Shown here piece after piece: positions 36,740 to 45,848 of a DNA stretch of 56,917 nt. The notes under the pieces were generated by a model. The model ran no database searches, was not told the origin of the DNA, and saw only the letters and a list, made by a program, of their open reading frames with translations. Where the stretch lies: positions 1 through 56,917 of the forward strand of contig JAUMBJ010000159.1 in NCBI GenBank assembly GCA_032115755.1, read 5' to 3'. Both the position numbers and the translations under genes were made by a program. Source of the stretch: Saprospiraceae bacterium. Its GTDB lineage: Bacteria; Bacteroidota; Bacteroidia; Chitinophagales; Saprospiraceae. Position 1 is the stretch's first letter, and the number at the start of each line of letters is the position of its first letter.

Positions 36740-39250
36740 ATGCACTTAAAATATCTTATTACTCTCCTTTTTTGGAGTTACCTGATTCATGCAAATAGTC
36801 AGGAAATTTTATACATTCCAGTCAGCGGAGCTTGTGGTATGTGTAAGGACAGGATTGAAAGCGTGGCGCTGCAGACAATTGGCGTAAATAAGGCACGATA
36901 CGACCTTAAAAAACAAGAGCTGGCTATTGAAGTGAGTACACTTTTTGTCAGAAAGGAATTAAATGAAAATCTGTTGAAAGTTGGCCATGATAATGATGGG
37001 CAAAAAGCTAGTGATGAAGCCTATGCCTCATTACATTCATGTTGCAAATACCGCGACGAGGAAGAAACAGATCCATTTTTAAAGGAGATTACCGGAGCAG
37101 TTTTTGAACAAACTGAAAAAGGAGATTTAATACCTGCTATCGGAGCTACCCTTATCTGGGCAGGTACCGGAGAAGGAACCGTTACGGATTTGAACGGTGA
37201 ATTTATCCTTCCTATAGATACAAAATCTAAATCGCTCATACTTAGTTATGTGGGATACAACCCTGACACCATAGAGATAAATGGAAAGGGTTACATGAAA
37301 TTAATACTTCAGTCTCGTTACGTTATGGACGCTGTAGAAATAAAGCACCGTAAACGATCCACAGAAATTTCATATCTCGACCCAGTAAAAACGTTACAAA
37401 TTAGCCAAAAAGAATTGTTAAAAGCCGCATGCTGTAATCTTGCAGAAAGTTTTGACACTACACCTGCTATTGATGCTTCTACTACAGATGCTGTTACTGG
37501 CACGCGAAAAATAGAGATGCTCGGACTGGCGGGTCCTTATGTACAGATAACTCGTGAAAATATCCCGGATATCCGGGGTCTTGCAGCTGTTCAAGGACTT
37601 GCATTTACGCCTGGTCCGTGGGTGGAAGGTATGCAACTGAACATGGGTGCTGGGTCTGTCGTAAATGGATTTGAAAGTCTTACTGGTCAGATTAATGTAG
37701 AACTAAGAAAACCATGCAATGAGGATCAGCTTTTTTTAAATGGATATGCAAATGCTCAGGGTAGATATGAATTTAATTATTTTAGTAAAAATACACTAAA
37801 TGACCGATGGAGTACTGCAAATCTGATACATGGTTCCACGCGTTCAATGCGAAATGACCAGAATAAAGATGGTTTCCTGGATATGCCTCTGACAAAACAG
37901 CTTGGGTGGATCAACAGGTGGAAGTTTACAAATAATAATGGTCAAGAAGGACAGATTGGCGTCAAATTAAGTTATATGGATAATATTAGTGGCCAGACTG
38001 ATTTCGTCCCTGGAAGATCAGACAGAAATAGCATTTGGGGTGCAGATATGATCACTTCACGATTGGAGGTGTGGGGAAAAAGGGGATACGTAAATCTGGA
38101 TACACCCGAAAAAACACTTGGTCTACAATTTTCTGGAGTTTACCACGATCAAAAAGCCATTTTTGGAACGCGAACTTATGATGCTACACAAAAATCTCTA
38201 TATTTTAACGCCATTCACCAAAATACAATTATAAGCAAAGATCATCAAATCAGAACAGGTGTAAGTTTCCAGTGGGATGAATTCCATGAATTGGTTTCTA
38301 CCACAAACTATCACCGCAATGAATGGGTACCAGGTGCATTTGCTGAGTACACTTATAAGGGATCTGAAAAATTTACGCTTCTTTTTGGTCTACGTGGAGA
38401 CTATCATAATATTTTTGGGTTTTTCGCAACTCCCAGGCTTAATGTCCGATACAGTCCTAATGAAAGTACTGTAATCAGGCTTTCAGCAGGTAGAGGTCAA
38501 CGTACCGAAAGTATTTTCGCAGAAAATATAGGTCTTTTTGCCTCCTCCCGTCAGATTCGGATTGAAGATAATAATACTAAAACTCCATATGGACTTGGTG
38601 TCGAAGTCGCTTGGAATGCTGGAATAAGCCTTACACAGGATATAGACGTATATGATCGGCTTGTTCAGGTTTCAATTGACCTCAACCGAATTGAATTTGA
38701 AAATCAAATTGTTGTTGATTATGAAACACCGGGTTTTGTATCATTTTACAATCTTAAAGGACAGTCATTTTCCAATAGCGGCCAGGTACAAATCGAAATT
38801 GGTGCCGCAGACTGGTTAGATCTAAGACTAGCTTACAGGTATAACGATGTGAAAACTACTTATGGAGAAGTTTTGCTACGAAAACCTCTTGCTTCTCCAC
38901 AACGGGCATTTATAAACTGGGCTATAGATTTCGGCAAAGGCTGGAAATGGGATTGTACTATTAATTGGCTTAGTTCTTCCAGGCTCCCGTCGGGAGGAAA
39001 TAGGGAACTTTATCCATGGCGATCTGAAGCACCATCCTATTTTATGGCTAATTCGCAATTGAGCAAAGCCTTTAAAAATAATTTAGAATGGTACATAGGG
39101 GCTGAAAATCTAACTGGCTATAGAATGAATAATCCTATTATTGCCAGCGATATGCCGTTTAGTCCATATTTTGATGGGTCCATGATCTGGGGCCCAATCA
39201 TGGGAGCCAACGTATATGTTGGTTTCAGATATAACTTAACACAGTCATAA
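36740..39250 (+). CDS. TonB-dependent receptor with an N-terminal heavy-metal-associated (HMA) domain and a CarboxypepD_reg domain
   Basis: The likely start MHLKYLITLLFWSYLIHANSQ is the signal peptide; the ORF-track start at 36686 is upstream. HMA motif VSGACGMCKDRIE (CxxC at 36833-36844), a second HSCCKY motif, a CarboxypepD_reg pattern (TVTDLNGEFILP...LSYVGY), then plug and a ~600-aa barrel. Confidence 0.85.
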   Translation: MHLKYLITLLFWSYLIHANSQEILYIPVSGACGMCKDRIESVALQTIGVNKARYDLKKQELAIEVSTLFVRKELNENLLKVGHDNDGQKASDEAYASLHSCCKYRDEEETDPFLKEITGAVFEQTEKGDLIPAIGATLIWAGTGEGTVTDLNGEFILPIDTKSKSLILSYVGYNPDTIEINGKGYMKLILQSRYVMDAVEIKHRKRSTEISYLDPVKTLQISQKELLKAACCNLAESFDTTPAIDASTTDAVTGTRKIEMLGLAGPYVQITRENIPDIRGLAAVQGLAFTPGPWVEGMQLNMGAGSVVNGFESLTGQINVELRKPCNEDQLFLNGYANAQGRYEFNYFSKNTLNDRWSTANLIHGSTRSMRNDQNKDGFLDMPLTKQLGWINRWKFTNNNGQEGQIGVKLSYMDNISGQTDFVPGRSDRNSIWGADMITSRLEVWGKRGYVNLDTPEKTLGLQFSGVYHDQKAIFGTRTYDATQKSLYFNAIHQNTIISKDHQIRTGVSFQWDEFHELVSTTNYHRNEWVPGAFAEYTYKGSEKFTLLFGLRGDYHNIFGFFATPRLNVRYSPNESTVIRLSAGRGQRTESIFAENIGLFASSRQIRIEDNNTKTPYGLGVEVAWNAGISLTQDIDVYDRLVQVSIDLNRIEFENQIVVDYETPGFVSFYNLKGQSFSNSGQVQIEIGAADWLDLRLAYRYNDVKTTYGEVLLRKPLASPQRAFINWAIDFGKGWKWDCTINWLSSSRLPSGGNRELYPWRSEAPSYFMANSQLSKAFKNNLEWYIGAENLTGYRMNNPIIASDMPFSPYFDGSMIWGPIMGANVYVGFRYNLTQS

Positions 39251-39253
39251 AAC

Positions 39254-39277
39254 AAAAAGGGCCAGAGCCCTTTTTTT
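39254..39277 (+). terminator. Rho-independent terminator after the TonB-dependent receptor
   Basis: AAAAAGGGC-caga-GCCCTTTTTTT. Confidence 0.75.
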
Positions 39278-39315
39278 ATGAATATTCTCTGGCAAATAAT
39301 ACTTAATTTTAAGGC

Positions 39316-39978
39316 ATGAAGAGTAACCAGATACCATATCCTTTGAAGTTTATGATTCCGGTCACAATTATCTCTTTGGTTACCGGAATAGCACTTTTAA
39401 ATACAGGAAGCCAATTATTGTTTTTAAAAATAAACGATTTGGTAAACCCATACTTGAACACCTTTTTCAAGTACTATACCCACTTGGGCGATGGAATTGT
39501 ATTTGCATTGGTTTGTTTATTTTTTCTATTTAAAAAGAGAAAATGGTTTTATTTATTTGGCGGGACATTTCTGTTGAGTTCATTGGTTTCGCGAATTTGC
39601 AAAGATATATTGTTTACGCATAGTCCACGACCTGTAAAATATTTTGAAATGGAAGGAATAGTTATACAAACCATTGATGGAATTACTACGCATCAGTGGA
39701 GTTCATTCCCTTCCGGACATAGTATTACGGCATTTGCTTTGTGCACACTTTTAGCTGTATTCATGCACAATAGTTGGCTAACTATACTTCTTTCTATCCT
39801 GGCTATTTTAGCTGCTTTTTCCAGGGTATACCTGGCACAACACTTTGTAATCGATGTATTAGTGGGAACATGGGTTGGTATTTTCAGTGCATTTATCATG
39901 ATTTTTGTAGTCAATTTTAGGCGAGAAAAAAATAAAATTAAAGAAGCAGAAAAACCCCTAATTTTATTAAGGTTATGA
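39316..39978 (+). CDS. PAP2-family lipid phosphatase
   Basis: Multi-TM protein with PAP2 motifs KDILFTHSPRP, SFPSGHS and SRVYLAQHFVIDV (SRx5Hx3D). Confidence 0.85.
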   Translation: MKSNQIPYPLKFMIPVTIISLVTGIALLNTGSQLLFLKINDLVNPYLNTFFKYYTHLGDGIVFALVCLFFLFKKRKWFYLFGGTFLLSSLVSRICKDILFTHSPRPVKYFEMEGIVIQTIDGITTHQWSSFPSGHSITAFALCTLLAVFMHNSWLTILLSILAILAAFSRVYLAQHFVIDVLVGTWVGIFSAFIMIFVVNFRREKNKIKEAEKPLILLRL

Positions 39979-41606
39979 ACCAAAAATGGACTACAAGTAT
40001 ATGGCTGTTCATTACAGGCAGTCTATTTTTCTTCCCTTTACTTGGAAGTGTTCATTTATTTGACTGGGACGAAATAAATTTTGCTGAATCTGCCAGAGAA
40101 ATGCTCATCACGAAGTCCTATTTTAGGGTTCAGATTGACTTCCAACCATTCACTGAAAAACCTCCACTGTTTTTCTGGGTTCAGGCTTTATCCATGCATA
40201 TTTTTGGTATCAATGAGTGGGCGGCTAGATTTCCCAATGCTTTACTTGGATGTATTGTTCTAGTCATACTTTATGTAACTGGCAGAAAAATTAAGGATCA
40301 CTGGATGGGGGTTTTCTGGTCCTTATCATTTTTGGGGTCTCTCCTCCCCCATCTTTATTTTAGATCCGGTATAATCGACCCGCTATTTAATATATTTATG
40401 TTTCTGGCTATTGTCCAATTATGGACAAGTGTCAACGCGCAGAATAGATCAAAAAAAACGACATATGCCGGACTCGGGGGTCTGTTTACCGGATTGGCAG
40501 TACTTACTAAAGGGCCTGTAGGGTTCCTGCTGGTATTCTTGAGTTTTGTAACTTACTGGATGATGAAAAAATTTAAACCAGTAACCAATATTAAAGATAT
40601 ATTGATATATGCCTTGACTACTTTTTTGATAACTACGGTTTGGTATGGATATGAAACATACCAATACGGTTGGACATTTATAGAAGAATTTACCAAGCGA
40701 CAGATTGAGATTTTCACTACCAGCGATGCAGGTCACGGGCAGCCCATTTATTACCATTTTATTGTACTGTTACTGGGATGCTTCCCGTCTTCATTACTTG
40801 CTATTAATTCTCTGTATTATAATCGTAAAGGCAACAACAATGATTTTTACACATGGATGTTATCCGTTTTAATAATCGTATTGTTAGTTTTTAGTGCAAG
40901 TACAACCAAAATACTACATTACTCTTCCTTTGCTTATTACCCCATTACATTTTTTGCTGCATGGTACATGCACAACCTCATATCAGACGAAAAACGACGA
41001 TTTGGAAACTGGTGGATTGCTGGAATAGTGTTTTCATCGGTTTTGGGGCTATTATTTATGGTTATTGGAATTTTCCCCCTCTTAAAATCTAAGGTTGTTC
41101 CTTTTATTAACGATGAATTTGCTGTAGCCAATTTGTCAGCTGATGTTTCCTGGTCAGGTTTGGAATGGCTGTCTGGAATAGTGCTCTTGATGGGTTCCAT
41201 TTTAGGATGGAAGCTATTGAAAGAAAATAAAATAAAGTCAAGCGCTTTTGTATTATTTGGCAGCGTTGCAGTATCAATGTTTCTTTTTACAACCCTCATT
41301 ATTCCTCGAATTGAGCAATATACCCAAGGCGCCAATATAAAATTTTTTAAAAACCTCCAGGGTAAAAACGTATATGTCGGAACAGCTGGATATAAGAGCT
41401 ATGCACACTTATTCTACGCAGGCAAGCAACCACAAACTATGTCTGCCAAGCCCATAGAACAACTTGCCAAAGAAAGTTGGGCAATACCCATTTATCTTTC
41501 AGTAAAAAATATTCAGCGTTCCCGAATGGATACACTGCCAGAATTTAAATTGATAGGGGAAGAAAATGGATTTTTATTTTATTTGAAGCCAGTCCAAACA
41601 AAATAG
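39975..41606 (+). CDS. ArnT-like (GT39/GT83-type) membrane glycosyltransferase
   Basis: 543 aa, ~12 TM helices. The N-terminal loop motif HLFDWDEINFAESAREM and EKPPLFFW are typical of ArnT/PMT-family enzymes. The start overlaps the PAP2 stop (ATGA at 39975-39978). Confidence 0.85.
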   Translation: MNQKWTTSIWLFITGSLFFFPLLGSVHLFDWDEINFAESAREMLITKSYFRVQIDFQPFTEKPPLFFWVQALSMHIFGINEWAARFPNALLGCIVLVILYVTGRKIKDHWMGVFWSLSFLGSLLPHLYFRSGIIDPLFNIFMFLAIVQLWTSVNAQNRSKKTTYAGLGGLFTGLAVLTKGPVGFLLVFLSFVTYWMMKKFKPVTNIKDILIYALTTFLITTVWYGYETYQYGWTFIEEFTKRQIEIFTTSDAGHGQPIYYHFIVLLLGCFPSSLLAINSLYYNRKGNNNDFYTWMLSVLIIVLLVFSASTTKILHYSSFAYYPITFFAAWYMHNLISDEKRRFGNWWIAGIVFSSVLGLLFMVIGIFPLLKSKVVPFINDEFAVANLSADVSWSGLEWLSGIVLLMGSILGWKLLKENKIKSSAFVLFGSVAVSMFLFTTLIIPRIEQYTQGANIKFFKNLQGKNVYVGTAGYKSYAHLFYAGKQPQTMSAKPIEQLAKESWAIPIYLSVKNIQRSRMDTLPEFKLIGEENGFLFYLKPVQTK

Positions 41607-41788
41607 TGCCTTTGATTATTTGCACTGTTTTATTTTATTGAATTATGTCAAAAGATATCTGTTGCGAATAATATATGTAAAATATATTAGATTTACCACT
41701 TCAATTATGACTAATATTTGCCAATTTTGTGTTTTATATAAAATTTGATAAACTTTTCCTTAATTAGGGCTACACATTAATTTTTCAC

Positions 41789-42985
41789 GTGCCATATCAT
41801 ACTGTAAGGGTTGTTATAATTTATTTTTTATTACACATCAGCTTTAATCTTCAAGGCCAGGTACAACTTTATTACTATGACAAACCGCCTAAAATTGACA
41901 CAACGATTTTAAGGCCAATGATTGAATCTGCTATAGAACTTGAAAATGAATACAAGGCGAAGCGATTAAAAATAGGGAGACTTGATGTACATGAAATAAA
42001 TGATCAAGTTTTTGCTGTGGCACGAGGCAGACTGGACGTTTTTAAATGGGAATCTGGAAAATGGTTAAATTTATATAAAGGTAATTTTTTTGGTCATAAT
42101 TCTTATAGCAAGAATTTTGTATTTCAAAATCAAATATATTCCTTTGGAGGGTATGGTTTTTGGCGAAGCCATGGTCAAGTTATCCGATTTTTATTTGAAG
42201 AAGGTGATTGGGAGTTGATTCCATGTACGCAAGAACTAAAATATGGCTTGGCATATCAGGTTCCAGAAGGTCTTAGATTGTTTGGCAATGACAATTTAAT
42301 TATAGATCTCGAAAAACAAATAAAAATTAAATATGAACCATCTTTTAAACAGGAACTTTATGCAGATCGTTCAAATCAAAAAGACATAGAATTTGAAAGA
42401 TTTATTTATTTTGCCCATGATAGGCCTTTGCTTATATTGGACAAACAAAATCATCAAATGTATGAATCTCGTTTGGGGTCCATAGGTTGGACCTTTTACA
42501 ATCCTTCCAATAAACGCGCTTTCTTTCACATATATGGAGATAGTCTAAAAATTTACAACCAAAGGTTAGATTATTTGGAATCTTATGACATTAAAAAAGA
42601 GATAGAAGAAAAATATTCCCCAGTTCCAAAAAGTATATTCCCATCTTATAGCAATATTAATGTTTCTGATTTAGTGATGTTCATACTTATTATTATTGTT
42701 TTTGGGATAGCATTTTTAAGAAAAAGGGACAAAAAATCAATTGTATACAATAAAACAATTATCCAGAAAATTCTAGAGTGGAAAGATACACAAATCAACA
42801 TGGCAGATTTGGACATACTTCTAGATATCCATCACATTCAAAATCCCGATACGCTTAAATTTAAGCGATATCAAAAAATTCAGGAAATCAATAGGATTTA
42901 CCAATCCATGCATCACAAGATGCTCATTGTCCGAATAAAAGATACCGCCGATAAGCGGAAATATATTTATGAGATTGATAAATAA
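41789..42985 (+). CDS. Hypothetical single-pass membrane protein (extracytoplasmic beta-rich domain, TM, ~85-aa cytoplasmic tail)
   Basis: GTG start and an N-terminal signal. It has the Kelch-like stretch NQIYSFGGYGFWRSHG, the TM helix VMFILIIIVFGIAFL, and a basic helical tail ending LIVRIKDTADKRKYIYEIDK. Confidence 0.5.
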   Translation: MPYHTVRVVIIYFLLHISFNLQGQVQLYYYDKPPKIDTTILRPMIESAIELENEYKAKRLKIGRLDVHEINDQVFAVARGRLDVFKWESGKWLNLYKGNFFGHNSYSKNFVFQNQIYSFGGYGFWRSHGQVIRFLFEEGDWELIPCTQELKYGLAYQVPEGLRLFGNDNLIIDLEKQIKIKYEPSFKQELYADRSNQKDIEFERFIYFAHDRPLLILDKQNHQMYESRLGSIGWTFYNPSNKRAFFHIYGDSLKIYNQRLDYLESYDIKKEIEEKYSPVPKSIFPSYSNINVSDLVMFILIIIVFGIAFLRKRDKKSIVYNKTIIQKILEWKDTQINMADLDILLDIHHIQNPDTLKFKRYQKIQEINRIYQSMHHKMLIVRIKDTADKRKYIYEIDK

Positions 42986-43062
42986 GTTGTTGTTTAATTT
43001 AGATCATTTGGTATTATATTAAGATAAGATATAGAATTTATCATTAAATTCCAGTCATTACA

Positions 43063-43070
43063 TATCTTTG
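43063..43070 (+). promoter_or_regulatory. Candidate -7 box TATCTTTG
   Basis: Exact TAnnTTTG match 45 nt upstream of the ATG at 43115. Confidence 0.4.
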
Positions 43071-43114
43071 AGCATATACTGACAAGGTTTTATAATTAAA
43101 AATGATAATTCACT

Positions 43115-44365
43115 ATGCAGACTAGTCCGTTATTTACAAATGACGCAGTTGTACTCGGGTTGCTTTTTGTTGCTCTGGCGCTCGTGTTTTATACATCCCA
43201 ATCCAAAGCTAAAGGCTGGCAAAAATTTTACAAATTTGTACCCCCATTATTACTTTGCTATTTTATTCCTGCTATTTTTAACTATCCTCTAAATCTTATT
43301 TCAGGTGATGTATCCAAATTATATGCTGTAGCTTCAAAATATCTGCTTCCTGCAAGTCTATTATTGCTGTGTCTGAGCATTGATATGAAAGGGTTAATAG
43401 GTCTTGGATCGAAATCACTAATAATGTTTTTTGCGGCAACTGTCGGCATAATTCTTGGAGGCCCTGTAGCTTTATTATTTGCATCTTATGTAATGCCGGG
43501 AACGATAGAAAGTGTTGATGGGGAATTGTGGAGAGGTATGAGCACTATAGCAGGTAGCTGGATTGGAGGCAGCGCAAATCAAACGGCAATGAAAGAAGTG
43601 TATCAAGTAAATGAAAATCTCTTTGGCACCATGTTAGTCATTGATATTGTAGTTGCTAATATTTGGATGGGATTTTTATTGTATGGTGCAAGCATAAGCC
43701 AAAAAATTGACAAATGGCTTAAAGCCGATAATAGTGCGATAACAGCCCTGCAGGAAAGCATGCATAAATATAGTAGTAGTATAGAAAAAAATCCTTCAAC
43801 AACTGATTTGATCATCCTTATGGCTACGGCATTTGGAGGAGTTGGACTTTCACATTTGCTAGCAGACATAACGTTACCTGTTATGAAAGCCAATGAAGAA
43901 GTGCTAATTACTTATGGATTGACGGCACTAATAAGTGATTTTTTCTGGATTGTAGTCTATGCGACAACTATTGGATTATTACTTTCGTTTACCAAAGCCC
44001 GGAATCTTGAAGGAGTAGGTGCTTCAAAATGGGGCTCCGTATTTATATATATATTAGTAGCCACCATAGGAATGAAAATGAACCTTGCTCAAGTATTTGA
44101 TAATATGGGATTATTTCTCATCGGTTTGGTTTGGATGCTAACTCATGTTGTTATTCTCATAACTGTAGCCAAAATAATTCGAGCTCCATTTTTCTTTGTT
44201 GCTGTAGGAAGTCAGGCAAATGTCGGTGGTGCTGCATCTGCCCCAATTGTAGCCTCGGCTTTTAGCCCTGCACTTGCCCCTGTGGGCGTTTTACTTGCAG
44301 TTTTGGGATATGCTCTTGGGACTTACGGGGCCATTATTTCTGCGCAGATAATGAGTGTAATATAA
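43115..44365 (+). CDS. Multi-pass integral membrane protein, DUF819-like
   Basis: 416 aa, ~11 hydrophobic segments. The N-terminal and GSWIGGSANQ.AM pattern is consistent with the DUF819 family. Confidence 0.6.
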   Translation: MQTSPLFTNDAVVLGLLFVALALVFYTSQSKAKGWQKFYKFVPPLLLCYFIPAIFNYPLNLISGDVSKLYAVASKYLLPASLLLLCLSIDMKGLIGLGSKSLIMFFAATVGIILGGPVALLFASYVMPGTIESVDGELWRGMSTIAGSWIGGSANQTAMKEVYQVNENLFGTMLVIDIVVANIWMGFLLYGASISQKIDKWLKADNSAITALQESMHKYSSSIEKNPSTTDLIILMATAFGGVGLSHLLADITLPVMKANEEVLITYGLTALISDFFWIVVYATTIGLLLSFTKARNLEGVGASKWGSVFIYILVATIGMKMNLAQVFDNMGLFLIGLVWMLTHVVILITVAKIIRAPFFFVAVGSQANVGGAASAPIVASAFSPALAPVGVLLAVLGYALGTYGAIISAQIMSVI

Positions 44366-44398
44366 AAAAAGGCCTGGTAAATACCAGGCCTTTTTTTT
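44364..44398. terminator. Bidirectional Rho-independent terminator between convergent genes
   Basis: AAAAAAA-GGCCTGGT-aaat-ACCAGGCC-TTTTTTTT: a perfect 8-bp GC-rich stem flanked by A7 and T8. Confidence 0.85.
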
Positions 44399-44400
44399 GA

Positions 44401-45816
44401 TTATCGGAATCGTAATCTTACGGATTCACCAATCCAGCATCCTACGGTGGCACTGTCGCCCTCTTTCAATCCTCTCATGAATCCTTCATCTTTAGGTGGC
44501 AATGATCCATAGTAGGCATTAATCCTTTGGCTTGCTTCTCCAGCAACGTCACCATCTATAGAACGTGCCTGACTATACTTATCAATAGCGGCAAGTATAG
44601 CCAAACGTTGATTCCAACTATCGCCACAAGATCTCGCCGTCTTTCCGTACATATCTCCTATAAGCATATATGGTCTTCCCCAATTTGGCTTGAGTTTAGC
44701 AGCATCGTAAGCAGTTTTCCTGGCCTCTGAATATTGATTTAATTTTCTGAATTGAATAGAAGCTATTGCAAACAAATAGGTAGCCTTCTTTTCATTATCA
44801 GTTTCTTCTGCTATAGCTGTTCTGTATTTATTAATAGATTCTGTAAATTTACCTTCATCAAAAAGTCGTTTTGCTGCAGAGGCGGGGTTGTTGGCATCGT
44901 ACTCAGCCTGTAGCTGCTCATTGAACTTAGTAGCATATTCTTTCCAAAACTTATCTAATGCCATATAAGTGGAATCTGTCTCTGGGCATCCTGCAGACTT
45001 CAGTGTAGCAATTACACGCTTCATCACATCTGGATTATCTTTATTCTCTTCAAATTCCGGAACGAGTTTTTCTTTAAAATAATCACAATCAAACAATTCC
45101 AGTGCTACTTCAGAAAAGGTATATTCCATATTGGCTTGAGCCTGCTGATAACCTTGGGCGTATCGTTCATTATTGGAAATATTATATTCTGCAATTTGAT
45201 TGAGTCTTTTGTAAAGTTCTACTGCCTTTTCCTTTGTCATATAGGCATTTTTGAACTGATATACAATAATTTTAGGATAAATATCAAGTATAATATATTC
45301 AGCCTGATCTCCGGCATATTTTATGCAATTATCCAATGCTTCAATTGTTTCAACATATGGTGTATTGACATAATAAAACATATCATATGCCATTCGGCCA
45401 TATATAAATCCAAGTCTAGCGTTTTTGGATTCTTCTGTATTTTGAGTAGTCGTTAGAGTGCCATTCTGATAACATGAAACTGCCTCTTTGTACAATCGGT
45501 GCATAGTAGCTGCGTATTCCGTTCTTTTACCCGGATCCGTTGATTCTGTCCACATTTGTTTATAAAAATCTACCCCATCTATATAGTGGTAATCTCTCTT
45601 TCCATCGGCAGCAGGTGCAAGTTTATATGCCGTCTGCCAGTTTTCAAAAGCTATGGCCATGTCTTTCATCTTGATAGCCTGACGATATATAGAATGAGCA
45701 TTTTCAGCATCTGACTGATTAGGTTTTCCCACCCAATTTTCACATTGAGCTACGGCTAAACCAGACTGAAACACCAAGCCTATCAGAGTCCCTAATGAAA
45801 AAATATTCACATTCAT
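44401..45816 (-). CDS. Secreted helical-repeat (TPR-like) protein, unknown function
   Basis: Signal peptide, 471 aa. It has repeated Ala/Tyr-rich helical pairs (e.g. YLFAIASIQFRKLNQYSEARKTAYDAAKLKPNWGRPY). It is the last gene of the purH-coaX operon. Confidence 0.5.
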   Translation of the reverse strand: MNVNIFSLGTLIGLVFQSGLAVAQCENWVGKPNQSDAENAHSIYRQAIKMKDMAIAFENWQTAYKLAPAADGKRDYHYIDGVDFYKQMWTESTDPGKRTEYAATMHRLYKEAVSCYQNGTLTTTQNTEESKNARLGFIYGRMAYDMFYYVNTPYVETIEALDNCIKYAGDQAEYIILDIYPKIIVYQFKNAYMTKEKAVELYKRLNQIAEYNISNNERYAQGYQQAQANMEYTFSEVALELFDCDYFKEKLVPEFEENKDNPDVMKRVIATLKSAGCPETDSTYMALDKFWKEYATKFNEQLQAEYDANNPASAAKRLFDEGKFTESINKYRTAIAEETDNEKKATYLFAIASIQFRKLNQYSEARKTAYDAAKLKPNWGRPYMLIGDMYGKTARSCGDSWNQRLAILAAIDKYSQARSIDGDVAGEASQRINAYYGSLPPKDEGFMRGLKEGDSATVGCWIGESVRLRFR

Positions 45817-45848
45817 TGATAATTGTTTTAAAATATTGGTTGAATAAA

